Shown piece after piece: positions 1-9,949 of a stretch of DNA of 64,000 nt (positions are counted from its first letter, which is position 1; each line of letters begins with the position of its first letter). The notes beneath the pieces are model-generated. The model was given only the letters and a program-made list of their open reading frames with translations. It made no database searches and was not told the origin of the DNA. Source of the DNA: Gammaproteobacteria bacterium. Lineage in GTDB: Bacteria > Pseudomonadota > Gammaproteobacteria > CBDBBL01. The position numbers and the translations under genes are program-made. The stretch lies in NCBI GenBank assembly GCA_965203125.1, contig CBDBBL010000018.1, forward strand, positions 90,806 to 154,805. Reading direction: 5' to 3'.

Positions 1-2409
1 TTCCAATGCCTCTGTTAAATAAGTTAAATCAGACAGTCCCTTCTGCTGACTAATTATTCTTATTGTCGCACCGTTTAATAAAGCTCCCCAAATCTCAAAA
101 GTCACCGCATCAAAAGACAAGTTATGCATTTGTGAAAAAACATCAGTGTCTACAACTGACACATGGTTTCGATCTTTAACTAGCCGAATAATTCCTTGAT
201 CAGTAATTTGAACACCTTTGGGTTTACCAGTTGTCCCTGATGTATAGGTAATATAAGCCAAATCGGTTGCATGTCGTTTAACATCATTAACTGCATCACA
301 TAAATTGGAGGACAGTAAAGATTCCAGTTTAGTCAGTTGCAAGCTATATTTTTTAACTAAAGTAGCAGGAAAATTTAGCGTATCTGACAAAATAAAGCTG
401 ATATCACAACTTTCAACAATATTCTCTAATGTGCCCTCGGGGTAGTTTTGGTCTATATAGACGTAAGCACCTCCAGCCTTTAAAATCCCAAGCATTCCAA
501 TAATAACAAAAGCAGACTGTTTAATATAAATACCAACAGCTTGTTTCATACCACCTTGTGTTATAAGGTGATGCGCAACACAATCTGAATAATGATCAAA
601 CTCTTGATAAGTATAGCGCTGACTATCTTCTATAATCGCTATATTGTTTGAAAAACCAGTTACCATGTCCCTAAAATTACTCACGACATCTGTCATTTTG
701 TAATTGGTATGCACTGGATTCAAATTCAACAACTGTTCTTCTATGCTTGTCAGTAAAGGCAGTTTATAAATGGGCGTATAGATATTCTTACAAATCACCC
801 GTAAAAGGTTTGCTATTCTAAGTGATAGTGCGTGTAACTCTTCGTAATTCACTAAGTCTTCTTGTGCCGTCAAGCACAAAGAGCGTTCATCACAACCTGA
901 AGAGATGCCTAATTGATGAGCTTGCAAAAACACTTTATCTTCTGCTTGATTGGCATAGAATACTACAGGAGGATCAACGAGATTTGATCGATTTCCTAAA
1001 GCAGATAACTGAGGATAACGCAATATCACATCCCTAAGAAAAGGCAACTGAGAGTCTAAGTCATTAAAATAGTCATGTAGCTGACACACCAGATCTTCTG
1101 CTGTTGTATCATCATCAAAGCTCATAACACAAGGAGAACAAGTGGAGAAATGTGAAGAATAATCACTAATCCCACAGGACGCCCATACACCTATCATATT
1201 GCCATAATTATCATCACAACAATGCAAATAAATGAAACAAGCAGTATAAATCAGATCTTGTAATCTAATCTGTCTTCCATTAATCTGCAAATGATTGTGT
1301 AACTCAGCACTCAAAGGAAGAGATACCGAGTTTCTTTTTGGATTTTTACTATCTAATCGACAACAAGTGTTATATTTAATAGGAGAAGATTTTTCAAGTT
1401 GTTGAACAACGCCACTCTCTTTTTCTATAATACCTTTCACATACGTAGTAAAATAAGGCAACATAGATAAATCGATTGCATCTATGCTTATAGATTTGGA
1501 ATTACCTGAAAACAAAACCTCGTTTATGTTCTTTTCTTGTATTCTCTCTCCTAATACATCTAAAATCTTGGCAATCGTGATATCATAAGTTTTCGTCGCA
1601 ATATGAATAACACCAGCATCAATTTTCACGACAGTGCCAGCTGGCTTTGAGGACAATTTCTTCGTAACTGACATTTGCTTAAATGAATATAATACACCAT
1701 TAAGCATAAATTTAATGACACCTAAGCGATTCACATAATTCCCGAACGATAAAGCTCGATATAATGTATACATCTTAGCAGCATCACAACGAGCATCAAC
1801 CAACCCTAGATTAGGAGGCAGATCTTGATACCCATAATAAGTACGCTGATTAAATTTTTGAGGCAACGCAATATACGTACCTTGTGTTAGCTCATCAACT
1901 AACCCTCGAAAGCTTAAGAACGCAACATCATAACATTTCAGGTTTAAACTCAGTGCCGTATCATCAACATCAACTTTTACCTCACACTGCTTTAGTATAT
2001 CCCCTCCATCAACATCAGAAGTCATCACATGCCAAGAAATCCCATGAACTTCTTCACCATTCATAATTGCCCATGAAGTAGCATGCACACCAGCATAAGA
2101 TGGAAGCAAAGCGTCGTGATAGTTAATCGCTAAACCTCTTGGAATATTAAGCATGTCTTCGGACAACACATGAGGATTTGCAATGCTGAACAAATAGTCA
2201 GGCTGCTGATCAAGTAAACTTTGCTGAAATACTGATAAAGTCGTACAAACCTGTATGTTTAAATTCACTGATGTAGCCCATTCAATCAACTCAGCCTCAT
2301 CAGAAAAAACACTATGTATAACAAATCCTTGCGCCAGCAAATATTTTGCACATCGCACAGAAAGAAAGCTTTTTCCAATAATACAACACGAAAGGTTTTT
2401 TTTACTCAT
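1..2409 (-). CDS. NRPS-like synthetase, N-terminal 803 codons: formyltransferase-like domain, condensation-like C-terminal subdomain, start of adenylation domain (ORF continues past left edge)
   Basis: Manual minus-strand translation from ATG 2409 (absent from ORF track because no stop in window): MSKKNLSCCIIGK...; Fmt-type NYHDALLPSYAGVH and DVDGGDIL; adenylation cores LKAGGAYVYID, YTSGTTGKPKG, SFDAVTFEIW all in one frame. Confidence 0.8.
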   Translation of the reverse strand, partial: MSKKNLSCCIIGKSFLSVRCAKYLLAQGFVIHSVFSDEAELIEWATSVNLNIQVCTTLSVFQQSLLDQQPDYLFSIANPHVLSEDMLNIPRGLAINYHDALLPSYAGVHATSWAIMNGEEVHGISWHVMTSDVDGGDILKQCEVKVDVDDTALSLNLKCYDVAFLSFRGLVDELTQGTYIALPQKFNQRTYYGYQDLPPNLGLVDARCDAAKMYTLYRALSFGNYVNRLGVIKFMLNGVLYSFKQMSVTKKLSSKPAGTVVKIDAGVIHIATKTYDITIAKILDVLGERIQEKNINEVLFSGNSKSISIDAIDLSMLPYFTTYVKGIIEKESGVVQQLEKSSPIKYNTCCRLDSKNPKRNSVSLPLSAELHNHLQINGRQIRLQDLIYTACFIYLHCCDDNYGNMIGVWASCGISDYSSHFSTCSPCVMSFDDDTTAEDLVCQLHDYFNDLDSQLPFLRDVILRYPQLSALGNRSNLVDPPVVFYANQAEDKVFLQAHQLGISSGCDERSLCLTAQEDLVNYEELHALSLRIANLLRVICKNIYTPIYKLPLLTSIEEQLLNLNPVHTNYKMTDVVSNFRDMVTGFSNNIAIIEDSQRYTYQEFDHYSDCVAHHLITQGGMKQAVGIYIKQSAFVIIGMLGILKAGGAYVYIDQNYPEGTLENIVESCDISFILSDTLNFPATLVKKYSLQLTKLESLLSSNLCDAVNDVKRHATDLAYITYTSGTTGKPKGVQITDQGIIRLVKDRNHVSVVDTDVFSQMHNLSFDAVTFEIWGALLNGATIRIISQQKGLSDLTYLTEALE

Positions 2410-2459
2410 AGCATCCTATCATCTCACAATCCGATCTCTCTATAAAAAACCATATCCAC

Positions 2460-3323
2460 TCAAGAGGAGATCAAGCTCTCAAGCTTCCGCATAGCCTCTT
2501 TCTCAATCTGACGAACACGCTCTAAAGAAACACCATATTCAGCTGATAACGCTTGTAACGTTGGCCGTTTAACATCAGCTTCGATCAAGTGTCTTGCAGT
2601 CACAATACCACGCTCACGCTCACTCAGTTGATCTAGCGCAGAATTTAAGGTAGTTGCAAGCGACTGTTGATCATCATTTGCCTCTAATAAATTCGCTGGA
2701 TCACTGCTTTGATCTTCTAGAAAATTCGCAGGTGCTGGTATGCGCTCTTCATCATGGTCTGCTGGCTGATCAAATCCCATATCTACCGCACTCATACGCA
2801 TTTCCATCGTACGCACTTCTTTCTCAGTAACACCAAGATCTTCAGCAACACCCGTCACTTCTGACTGACTTAGCCATCCAAGCTTATTAGACGCCTTGCG
2901 TAAATTAAAAAACAACTTACGTTGTGCTTTTGTTGTTGATACTTTAACAATGCGCCAGTTCTTCAACACAAACTCATGTATCTCAGCTTTAATCCAGTGC
3001 AATGCAAATGTCACTAATCTCACACCTTTATTTGGATCAAAGCGCTTAACTGCCTTCATCAAACCAAGGTTCCCTTCCTGAATCAAGTCTGCATGATTGA
3101 GTCCATACCCCAAATAACCTCGCGCAATTCTCACAACAAAACGCAAATGTGACATAACCAGTTGACGAGCAGCCTCTAAGTCTTGCTGATAGTAAAGACG
3201 TCGAGTGAGATCTTCTTCTTCCTGTAGCGTCAACAGTGGAATTTGATTCACTTTATGGATATACGACTCTATGCTACCACTTGTAATCGCTGATGGCATC
3301 AGTTGTAACGTAGCTGTATTCAT
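2460..3323 (-). CDS. rpoH: RNA polymerase sigma-32 (heat-shock sigma factor)
   Basis: 287 aa; RpoH box QRKLFFNLRK; sigma-70 family regions 2 and 4; sits downstream of ftsYEX as in E. coli. Confidence 0.95.
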   Translation of the reverse strand: MNTATLQLMPSAITSGSIESYIHKVNQIPLLTLQEEEDLTRRLYYQQDLEAARQLVMSHLRFVVRIARGYLGYGLNHADLIQEGNLGLMKAVKRFDPNKGVRLVTFALHWIKAEIHEFVLKNWRIVKVSTTKAQRKLFFNLRKASNKLGWLSQSEVTGVAEDLGVTEKEVRTMEMRMSAVDMGFDQPADHDEERIPAPANFLEDQSSDPANLLEANDDQQSLATTLNSALDQLSERERGIVTARHLIEADVKRPTLQALSAEYGVSLERVRQIEKEAMRKLESLISS

Positions 3324-3457
3324 AACTTACTAGTCCCTTCTCAAAAATTGCATTCTCAATCGTGACTCCCAATTATAGCATAGTAATACTGGAGTTCAAC
3401 TTAGCTAAAATAGACTGATACTCAGAATCATTTCACTAAAAACTCGATATCTTCAAC

Positions 3458-3620
3458 TATACCCATCGCCTTTCAAGACGCCGGAGTTTTAACAAAATGA
3501 ATTTTAGAAAAATTAAATTTAAAAAATCGAGTAATAGCAAGCTATTACGAAAGTTTTTACATTTCAATTTTGCAAAATTTATGAAGTTAAAATTCGGTTT
3601 CTTGAATGGTGATGGGTATA
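3458..3620. mobile_element. MITE-like palindromic element, family A, full length (163 bp)
   Basis: Terminal inverted repeats tatacccatcgcctttcaagacgccgg... / ...ggtttcttgaatggtgatgggtata; AT-rich arms; central gtaatagc-aa-gctattac hairpin; related copies at 4604, 40792, 49519. Confidence 0.8.
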
Positions 3621-3638
3621 TATTAGGCATACATCTAG

Positions 3639-4598
3639 CTAAATCACCTTAAACAAATTATTTGATAAATAAGTTTTCACCGCAATCAATGCAGCCAACA
3701 TACCTAGAAAACAGCTAGCAATAAACAAGCACCCAGTCTCCGTTTGACTCAACGTTAACAAACGATAGTCACTCTGGTAAAGTATTGCTAAATGAGTAAC
3801 CGCACCATGTAATGCATAAAAAAAGCAGCTAGTAATCATCCAAGCGAATACAGCACCTATCAACCCATAAAGCAGACCAATATAAAGAAATGGTCGACGA
3901 ATAAAAGCATGACTTGCACCTATTAAGTAATAAACTTCAATCCTTTCAGTCGTTGCCTGCAACATTAACCGTAAGGTATTACAAATAATCAATAACACAC
4001 CTAGACCCAGCAGTAATGCAAGTGCAATAGTCAATCGATCCCCAACGGCTAATAGTGCATATAATTTTTTCACCCAAGCAACATCCAAATCAACTTGATC
4101 TACACCAGGCAATAATTTAAGCTGAGAAATCAAACCAGATAATTGATAGCTTTGAGACGTAACAGGAGCTTCTGGAAAAGCTGTCATTGCACGATCTACA
4201 TTTGGCTCAACCAAAATAACGCCTGGCAATGGATTTTTAGGCAGCTGATCCACCAAGTCCCCCAGTCCAGACTCTGATTTAAACTGTTTAAGCCCTGCCG
4301 CAGGAGAGATATAGCGGACTGCCTTCACTTGCTCAAATTCTTTAATTTGCTGCAATAGTTGCTGTACCTTTTGTTGTGCCACACTTGAAGATAAATAAAC
4401 AGATATCTGCGCATGATTATCCCAGCCAACCGTTGCCGTTCTTACATTCTTAATCAACACATAAAAAGCCGTTGGCAAAGATAAAGCAATGGCAATAACA
4501 AGTGCCGTCATTAAGCTAGACACTGGAGATCGAAATAATTCTTTGCCCGCATGACTAAACGCAAGCCAATGCATACCAAGAAAACTACGCTTCTTCAT
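3639..4598 (-). CDS. ftsX: Cell division ABC transporter permease FtsX
   Basis: ORF track 3639..4601 (TTG); ATG at 4598 preceded by GGAG (4606-4609, 7-nt spacer); 4 TM C-terminal domain; follows ftsE. Confidence 0.9.
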   Translation of the reverse strand: MKKRSFLGMHWLAFSHAGKELFRSPVSSLMTALVIAIALSLPTAFYVLIKNVRTATVGWDNHAQISVYLSSSVAQQKVQQLLQQIKEFEQVKAVRYISPAAGLKQFKSESGLGDLVDQLPKNPLPGVILVEPNVDRAMTAFPEAPVTSQSYQLSGLISQLKLLPGVDQVDLDVAWVKKLYALLAVGDRLTIALALLLGLGVLLIICNTLRLMLQATTERIEVYYLIGASHAFIRRPFLYIGLLYGLIGAVFAWMITSCFFYALHGAVTHLAILYQSDYRLLTLSQTETGCLFIASCFLGMLAALIAVKTYLSNNLFKVI

Positions 4599-4603
4599 CA
4601 AAA

Positions 4604-4767
4604 ATCTCCATCACCACTGAAAGAAGCGGTGGTTTAATAAAATGGTTTTGGGCAGAATTAAATTTAAAAATTTGAGGCATAGCAAGCGACTATTGAGAGA
4701 AGTTTTACATTTCAATTCTGCCAAAGACATGTAATTAAACCTCGCTTTCTTCAGTGGTGGTGGAGAT
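4604..4767. mobile_element. MITE-like element, family A, diverged copy (164 bp) bridging ftsE and ftsX
   Basis: Left end atctccatcaccactgaaagaagcggtggtttaat and reverse complement of right end atctccaccaccactgaagaaagcgaggtttaat are inverted repeats; interior matches copy at 3458 (..aattaaatttaaaaa..gcatagcaagc..tacatttcaatt..). Confidence 0.7.
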
Positions 4768-5406
4768 TAATCCCTCTTTCAGTGTAATCACACGATGTGT
4801 CACCTCCTGAATTAAATGCGTATCATGTGATGCAATAATCACGGTCACCCCAAATTGATTTAAACGCTCAAACAATGCCAAAATTTCTTGGGACAAATCT
4901 GGATCTAGGTTTCCAGTAGGCTCATCTGCCAGTAAAATTGTTGGCTTACGAACAATGGCTCTGGCAACCCCCAACCGCTGTTGTTCACCGCAAGAAAGAC
5001 TGACTGCTTTCACCTTTTCTTTTCCCAGCAACCCTACCATATCTAGAGCCGCTCGTGTTCGCTTCGCCAGCTCTTTACCTTTAAATCCAGCAACCAAGAG
5101 TGGCATAACCACATTTTGATAACAAGAATCTTGAAGTAGAAGTTTCGGATTTTGACTGGTCACACCAATTGCTCGACGCATTTCCAAACGTTCACGAGCA
5201 CTCAGACGATCAACATTACGTCCAGAAATCATAATTTGCCCATGAGTTGGCGTTTCCAGCAAGGCAATCAAACGTAACAAAGTGCTTTTTCCCGCACCAG
5301 AGTGCCCCGTAATAAAACAAAATTCACGGCGATCAATAGATAAAGAAACACCTCGCAACGCATCATGGTTCGGATAGTGTTTCACAACTGCATTGAGTTC
5401 AATCAT
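4735..5406 (-). CDS. ftsE: Cell division ATP-binding protein FtsE
   Basis: 223 aa; Walker A GHSGAGKST, ABC signature LSCGEQQR, Walker B ILLADEPTG; ATGA overlap with ftsY. Confidence 0.95.
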   Translation of the reverse strand: MIELNAVVKHYPNHDALRGVSLSIDRREFCFITGHSGAGKSTLLRLIALLETPTHGQIMISGRNVDRLSARERLEMRRAIGVTSQNPKLLLQDSCYQNVVMPLLVAGFKGKELAKRTRAALDMVGLLGKEKVKAVSLSCGEQQRLGVARAIVRKPTILLADEPTGNLDPDLSQEILALFERLNQFGVTVIIASHDTHLIQEVTHRVITLKEGLISTTTEESEV

Positions 5407-6566
5407 GTGACAACATCTTCATCTGTGTTAAGTATAGCTTTAACAAAATCACTCGCAGAAAACGGCAATAAATCATCTTCTGCCTCTCCAACACCAACAA
5501 ACCTAATCGGCAAAGGTAACATACGAGCAAGTGCAAATAAAACGCCACCTTTTGCGGTACCATCTAATTTTGTCATCGTAATACTATCCAAACCAATCGC
5601 TTCATGAAACTTCTTGGCCTGCACCAAGGCATTTTGCCCTGTACTACCATCTAGGACCAGCATGGTTTCATGTGGCGCATTAGGGAGACACTTCTGCATC
5701 ACTTTCTTAACTTTTTTCAGCTCTTGCATCAAATTATGTTGTGTGTGTAACCGACCCGCAGTATCAGCAATCACCACATCAATTGATTTGGCTTTCGCTG
5801 AAGAAATCGCATCAAACACAACTGATGCACTGTCTGAACCTTGCTGCTGTGCAACCACTGGAGCATCCGAACGTTCACCCCAAGTCTGTAATTGCTCAAT
5901 AGCCGCCGCTCTAAACGTATCTCCTGCTGCAAGTAATACAGACAACCCTTGCGCCTTTAACTGCTTCACCAGCTTACCAATCGTCGTTGTTTTGCCACTT
6001 CCATTAATACCTACCACGCAAATAACAAAGGGTTCTTTAGAGCTTGAAGTATTCTGCACCGAATTGATTTTTTCGACCATCGGCGGCAGTTCTAGTGGTG
6101 CAATCTGCTCCAACAGCAGTTGTTCTAATCGTGAAAATAATGCAACAACATCGGACAATTCAGAGCGCTGACTGGCTTGCTTTAATGAAGCAATGATAGA
6201 CTGTGTTGTTTCAACACCAATATCTGCAACTAACAGTTTTGTTTCAATATCTTCTAATAGTTGCTCATCTATCTTTTTATCACCTAACACCAACTGGGAC
6301 AAGCCTGCACCAATCTGCTGCCTTGTCTTTGTGAGCCCTTGTTTTAATCGCGAAAAAAAACGACTTGGTCTCTCAACAGAAAGCTGTGCTTGTTCTTGCT
6401 TTAATTTTGGCTCTGAGCATGACGATAAATCTTGCCTCAATACTTGCTGTGAAATGACTATATCACTACTTGAGGTTGGATCAGCCGTTGGGGTAGATGA
6501 CTGCAACACTTCCGAATGATCTTGAGATTTATTACGCCTAAAACGTTTAAACATGATAGAATTCAA
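5403..6566 (-). CDS. ftsY: Signal recognition particle receptor FtsY
   Basis: 387 aa; GINGSGKTTTIGKL, DTAGRLH, TKLDGTAKGG SRP-GTPase motifs; start uncertain (TTG 6566 or ATG 6554). Confidence 0.93.
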   Translation of the reverse strand: MNSIMFKRFRRNKSQDHSEVLQSSTPTADPTSSSDIVISQQVLRQDLSSCSEPKLKQEQAQLSVERPSRFFSRLKQGLTKTRQQIGAGLSQLVLGDKKIDEQLLEDIETKLLVADIGVETTQSIIASLKQASQRSELSDVVALFSRLEQLLLEQIAPLELPPMVEKINSVQNTSSSKEPFVICVVGINGSGKTTTIGKLVKQLKAQGLSVLLAAGDTFRAAAIEQLQTWGERSDAPVVAQQQGSDSASVVFDAISSAKAKSIDVVIADTAGRLHTQHNLMQELKKVKKVMQKCLPNAPHETMLVLDGSTGQNALVQAKKFHEAIGLDSITMTKLDGTAKGGVLFALARMLPLPIRFVGVGEAEDDLLPFSASDFVKAILNTDEDVVT

Positions 6567-6599
6567 CGATACCTTAAAATTGTAAGAATTCTAACGAGC

Positions 6600-7202
6600 A
6601 TGAAAAACAAACACAATGCCAACCAGTTAAATTCTCATAATAATACGATTCGTATTATTGGCGGCTACCTTCGTGGCACAAAAATAAAGTTCCCCAGTGA
6701 AACGGGGCTAAGACCAACCAGTGATCGAACAAAAGAGACTTTATTTAACTGGTTGACACCTTATATCCACAACTCGCATTGTCTTGATTTATTTACTGGC
6801 AGCGGCTCATTAGGATTTGAGGCACTCTCACGTGGCGCTAAAACAGTCACCATGGTTGATCAATCTAAGACCGTCTACCAACAACTGACATACTATCAAA
6901 CAAAATTAGCAGCTATCAAACCTGAGTCAACAGTCAACATCATACAGTCATCTGCCGAGAGCTTCATAACTACTGATCTTATGAAGTACGATATTGTTTT
7001 TCTTGATCCACCTTTTAATCAAGATTTATTACTACCTTGCTTAAATAAAATTTGTAAAAAAATCGCGATGCAAACACTCATATATTTTGAAGCAGAAAAA
7101 TCATTATCGCTAGATGAGTGCATTCAAGATAATGGCTTATTAACCACACATCACAAAACAACACGAGATGTGCAGTATGGGCTACTCTCAAAAGCAAATT
7201 AA
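6600..7202 (+). CDS. rsmD: 16S rRNA (guanine966-N2)-methyltransferase RsmD
   Basis: IIGGYLRG, DLFTGSGSLGFEALSRGA, VFLDPPF motifs; ATG 6600 chosen over upstream ORF-track start 6516, which overlaps the ftsY start. Confidence 0.85.
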   Translation: MKNKHNANQLNSHNNTIRIIGGYLRGTKIKFPSETGLRPTSDRTKETLFNWLTPYIHNSHCLDLFTGSGSLGFEALSRGAKTVTMVDQSKTVYQQLTYYQTKLAAIKPESTVNIIQSSAESFITTDLMKYDIVFLDPPFNQDLLLPCLNKICKKIAMQTLIYFEAEKSLSLDECIQDNGLLTTHHKTTRDVQYGLLSKAN

Positions 7203-7263
7203 TTTACATACCCAAACTACTTGGTATAATCCGCACTTTAACCACTGACCTGATCGACCACAC

Positions 7264-8655
7264 ATGAAAAAACTAGGCGCTTTCAGCCTGATTATGATCA
7301 ATATAATCGCCACTGGCGGCATCCGAGTTTTACCGTTTGGCGCCACTAATGGCTATGCAGTCATCACATTCTATCTCGTCGCGGCTTGCTTATTCTTTAT
7401 CCCCTATGCATTAGCAACGACTGAATTAGTCACCACCTTACCTGAGAAAGGTGGACTTTACGTTTGGGTTAGAGCCGCTTTTGGAACACGAGTTAGTACA
7501 TTGTTAGTTTGGTTTCAATGGATTTACAACTTGATTTGGTTTCCCACCATTCTCCTGCTGATCGTCAGTGTTGCGGCAGACATGATCAATCCATCTCTGA
7601 GCACTCACAGAGACCTGATGGTCTGCTGTATTTTGATTCTATTCTGGGCTATCACATTGCTTAACTGTTTTGGCATGCAGTTATCTGGACTCATTAGTGA
7701 AGTTGGCGCACTATTTGGGGTTCTAATCCCAATGTTGTTAATTATCATTCTCACTGGAGTTTGGTTATTCAAAGGCTACCCCTTGGCCATTCATTTCTCT
7801 TGGTCGCAATTACTTCCCAACACACATCAATCACATAACCTTGCCTTTTTCAGTGCTATTGTCTTTGGTTTAATTAGCTTAGATTTATCAACTATCCATG
7901 CGGACTCTGCAAAAAATCCAAGAAGAACTTATCCAAAAGTTATGTGTTACTCTGCCATACTAATCTTGCTCGTTCTGACCCTTAGTTCACTCGGGCTTGC
8001 GCTTGTTGTGCCCAGCAAACAGCTCAACCTAGTGACAGGCTCTATACAAGCGTTTCATATTTTCTTCACGCAATTTCATTTATCCGCATATAGTTACCTC
8101 ATCGACTTATTTATTATCATTGGTGGCTTAGGCGCAGTCAGCTCGTGGGTACTAGGTCCAGCAAAAAGTTTAAGTGTTGCTGGTCATGACGCCATCCTGC
8201 CTAAAATACTCACTCATGAGAATCGTCAAGGCGCACCTGTCGCAGCATTGTTGTTACAAGCCATCTTCTTCACATTACTATGTGCCGTGTTCTTTTTGCT
8301 ACCTAATTTAATGAGCGGTTATTGGCTATTCACCGCCTTAACCGCACAATTAAGCATGGTCGTATACTGCGGGCTTTTCGCCGCCTTGTGGAAATTGCGA
8401 CAACAACCACCCAACCAAGAAAAGCACTTTGTAATACCTGGAAAAAAATTGGGTTTAATCATTACTGTTGCACTCGGATTAAGTGGATGCCTACTCACTA
8501 TTATATCAGGCTTCATTCCACCTGAGCTTATCGGAAAGGCACACATCATGCGCTATGAGGTATTACTCTGTATTGGTCTCGGCGTGTTTACACTATTACC
8601 TGTACTATTAATGACCATAAGATCAGATAATGAAAACAGCTCCAATAGAAGTTAA
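7264..8655 (+). CDS. APC-family amino acid permease/antiporter (about 12 TM)
   Basis: 463 aa; N-terminal signature [15 protein letters not shown]...[16 protein letters not shown] typical of the APC superfamily. Confidence 0.8.
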   Translation: MKKLGAFSLIMINIIATGGIRVLPFGATNGYAVITFYLVAACLFFIPYALATTELVTTLPEKGGLYVWVRAAFGTRVSTLLVWFQWIYNLIWFPTILLLIVSVAADMINPSLSTHRDLMVCCILILFWAITLLNCFGMQLSGLISEVGALFGVLIPMLLIIILTGVWLFKGYPLAIHFSWSQLLPNTHQSHNLAFFSAIVFGLISLDLSTIHADSAKNPRRTYPKVMCYSAILILLVLTLSSLGLALVVPSKQLNLVTGSIQAFHIFFTQFHLSAYSYLIDLFIIIGGLGAVSSWVLGPAKSLSVAGHDAILPKILTHENRQGAPVAALLLQAIFFTLLCAVFFLLPNLMSGYWLFTALTAQLSMVVYCGLFAALWKLRQQPPNQEKHFVIPGKKLGLIITVALGLSGCLLTIISGFIPPELIGKAHIMRYEVLLCIGLGVFTLLPVLLMTIRSDNENSSNRS

Positions 8656-9325
8656 AAAAAAAGCCATCGTGCTACTTTCAGGTGGGCTTGATTCAACCAC
8701 CTGCTTAGCCATTGCTCAAAGTCAGGGATATGAATGCCATACACTGAGCTTCGACTATGGACAAAAACATTGCGCTGAACTCACAGCAGCCCAACAGATT
8801 GCTAAACATTATCACGCTAAACATCATATCATTAACCTTTCTTTATCCGACCTAAGCGGATCAGCACTAACCAATCCAGAGCTCGATGTGCCTGATCATC
8901 AAGGCTCAACAGACATTCCCATCACCTATGTTCCAGCTAGAAACACTGTATTTTTATCACTAGCACTCGGACTAGCTGAAACTATACAAGCACACCATAT
9001 TTTTATCGGTGTCAGTGCGATTGATTACTCTGGTTACCCAGACTGTCGACCTGAATACATTGATGCGTTTCAAACCATGGCAAATCTCGCCACCAAAATG
9101 GGCATCGAAGGTAACGGCATCACCATTGAAACACCACTGATTCAATTAAGTAAAAAAGAAACTATCCAAAGAGGTATGGCACTCAACGTTGACTATCAGC
9201 AAACAATTTCTTGTTACCGGGCTAACTCTGAAGGTCTTGCTTGTGGAAAATGTGACAGCTGCATTCTCAGGAAAAAAGGATTTTCTGCCGCTAGTATCGA
9301 TGATCAAACTAAGTATGCAATTTAG
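8630..9325 (+). CDS. queC: 7-cyano-7-deazaguanine synthase QueC
   Basis: 231 aa; PP-loop [10 protein letters not shown]; C-terminal Zn cysteines [11 protein letters not shown]. Confidence 0.92.
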   Translation: MKTAPIEVKKKAIVLLSGGLDSTTCLAIAQSQGYECHTLSFDYGQKHCAELTAAQQIAKHYHAKHHIINLSLSDLSGSALTNPELDVPDHQGSTDIPITYVPARNTVFLSLALGLAETIQAHHIFIGVSAIDYSGYPDCRPEYIDAFQTMANLATKMGIEGNGITIETPLIQLSKKETIQRGMALNVDYQQTISCYRANSEGLACGKCDSCILRKKGFSAASIDDQTKYAI

Positions 9326-9355
9326 TTGGAAATCAACAATAACTAACGTTATAAT
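9326..9355 (+). promoter_or_regulatory. Putative sigma-70 promoter of the RRM-protein gene (long 5' leader)
   Basis: TTGGAA (9326-9331), 18-nt spacer, TATAAT (9350-9355); about 115 nt upstream of ATG 9472. Confidence 0.45.
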
Positions 9356-9471
9356 ATCAGCTCGAATCTACTGTGTCTCTTGGTGTGCTTCTTTTAGTTT
9401 TCCTGTGTTTCACTGCTAGATGTGTTTAATAACATGATAAGCGAAAGCTTTTCGTAGTGAGAAAATAAATA

Positions 9472-9846
9472 ATGAGTGAAGAAAACAAAAGCAATAATAA
9501 ATCCAGTGAAAATAAGATTTATGTTGGTAATTTAAGCTACAAAATGAGAGATAACGATCTAGAAGATTATTTCAAAGAATTTGGTGAAATCACTGACGCT
9601 AAAGTCATCATGGAAAGAGACAATCAAGACCGTTCAAAAGGGTTTGGATTTGTTACTTTTGCTGATGCAGAGTCTGCAAAATCAGCTGTTGAAAAAGCAG
9701 ATGGTGAAGAGTTAGACGGCAGAAATATGAAAGTGAGCATTGCCCAAAATAAACCTCGTGATAACAATCGTCGTGGCGGCTTTCGTGGTGGAAACGACCG
9801 TAGAAATAATGATCGCGGAAATGATAGCTACAACAAGCGTTGGTAA
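9472..9846 (+). CDS. RRM-type RNA-binding protein with Arg/Gly/Asn-rich tail
   Basis: 124 aa; RNP2 IYVGNLSY and RNP1 KGFGFVTF. Confidence 0.9.
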   Translation: MSEENKSNNKSSENKIYVGNLSYKMRDNDLEDYFKEFGEITDAKVIMERDNQDRSKGFGFVTFADAESAKSAVEKADGEELDGRNMKVSIAQNKPRDNNRRGGFRGGNDRRNNDRGNDSYNKRW

Positions 9847-9883
9847 CTATCAGCCCATCTTAAAACTGGGTAATCCTATTAAT

Positions 9884-9918
9884 AGCGACTCGAAACTCCT
9901 TCGAGCCGCTATTTTTTT
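9884..9918 (+). terminator. Rho-independent terminator of the RRM-protein gene
   Basis: Stem agcgactcgaa / ttcgagccgct (one mismatch), 5-nt loop, then T7 run. Confidence 0.75.
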
Positions 9919-9949
9919 AGCTTCGTATAGATTTTAAATCTGATTGTGT

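Noticed and set aside
5614-6519. 185-aa and 108-aa plus-strand ORFs (Cys/Ser-rich)
   Set aside because: They lie antisense to ftsY, whose minus-strand frame carries unmistakable SRP-GTPase motifs. Their low-complexity composition is typical of shadow ORFs.
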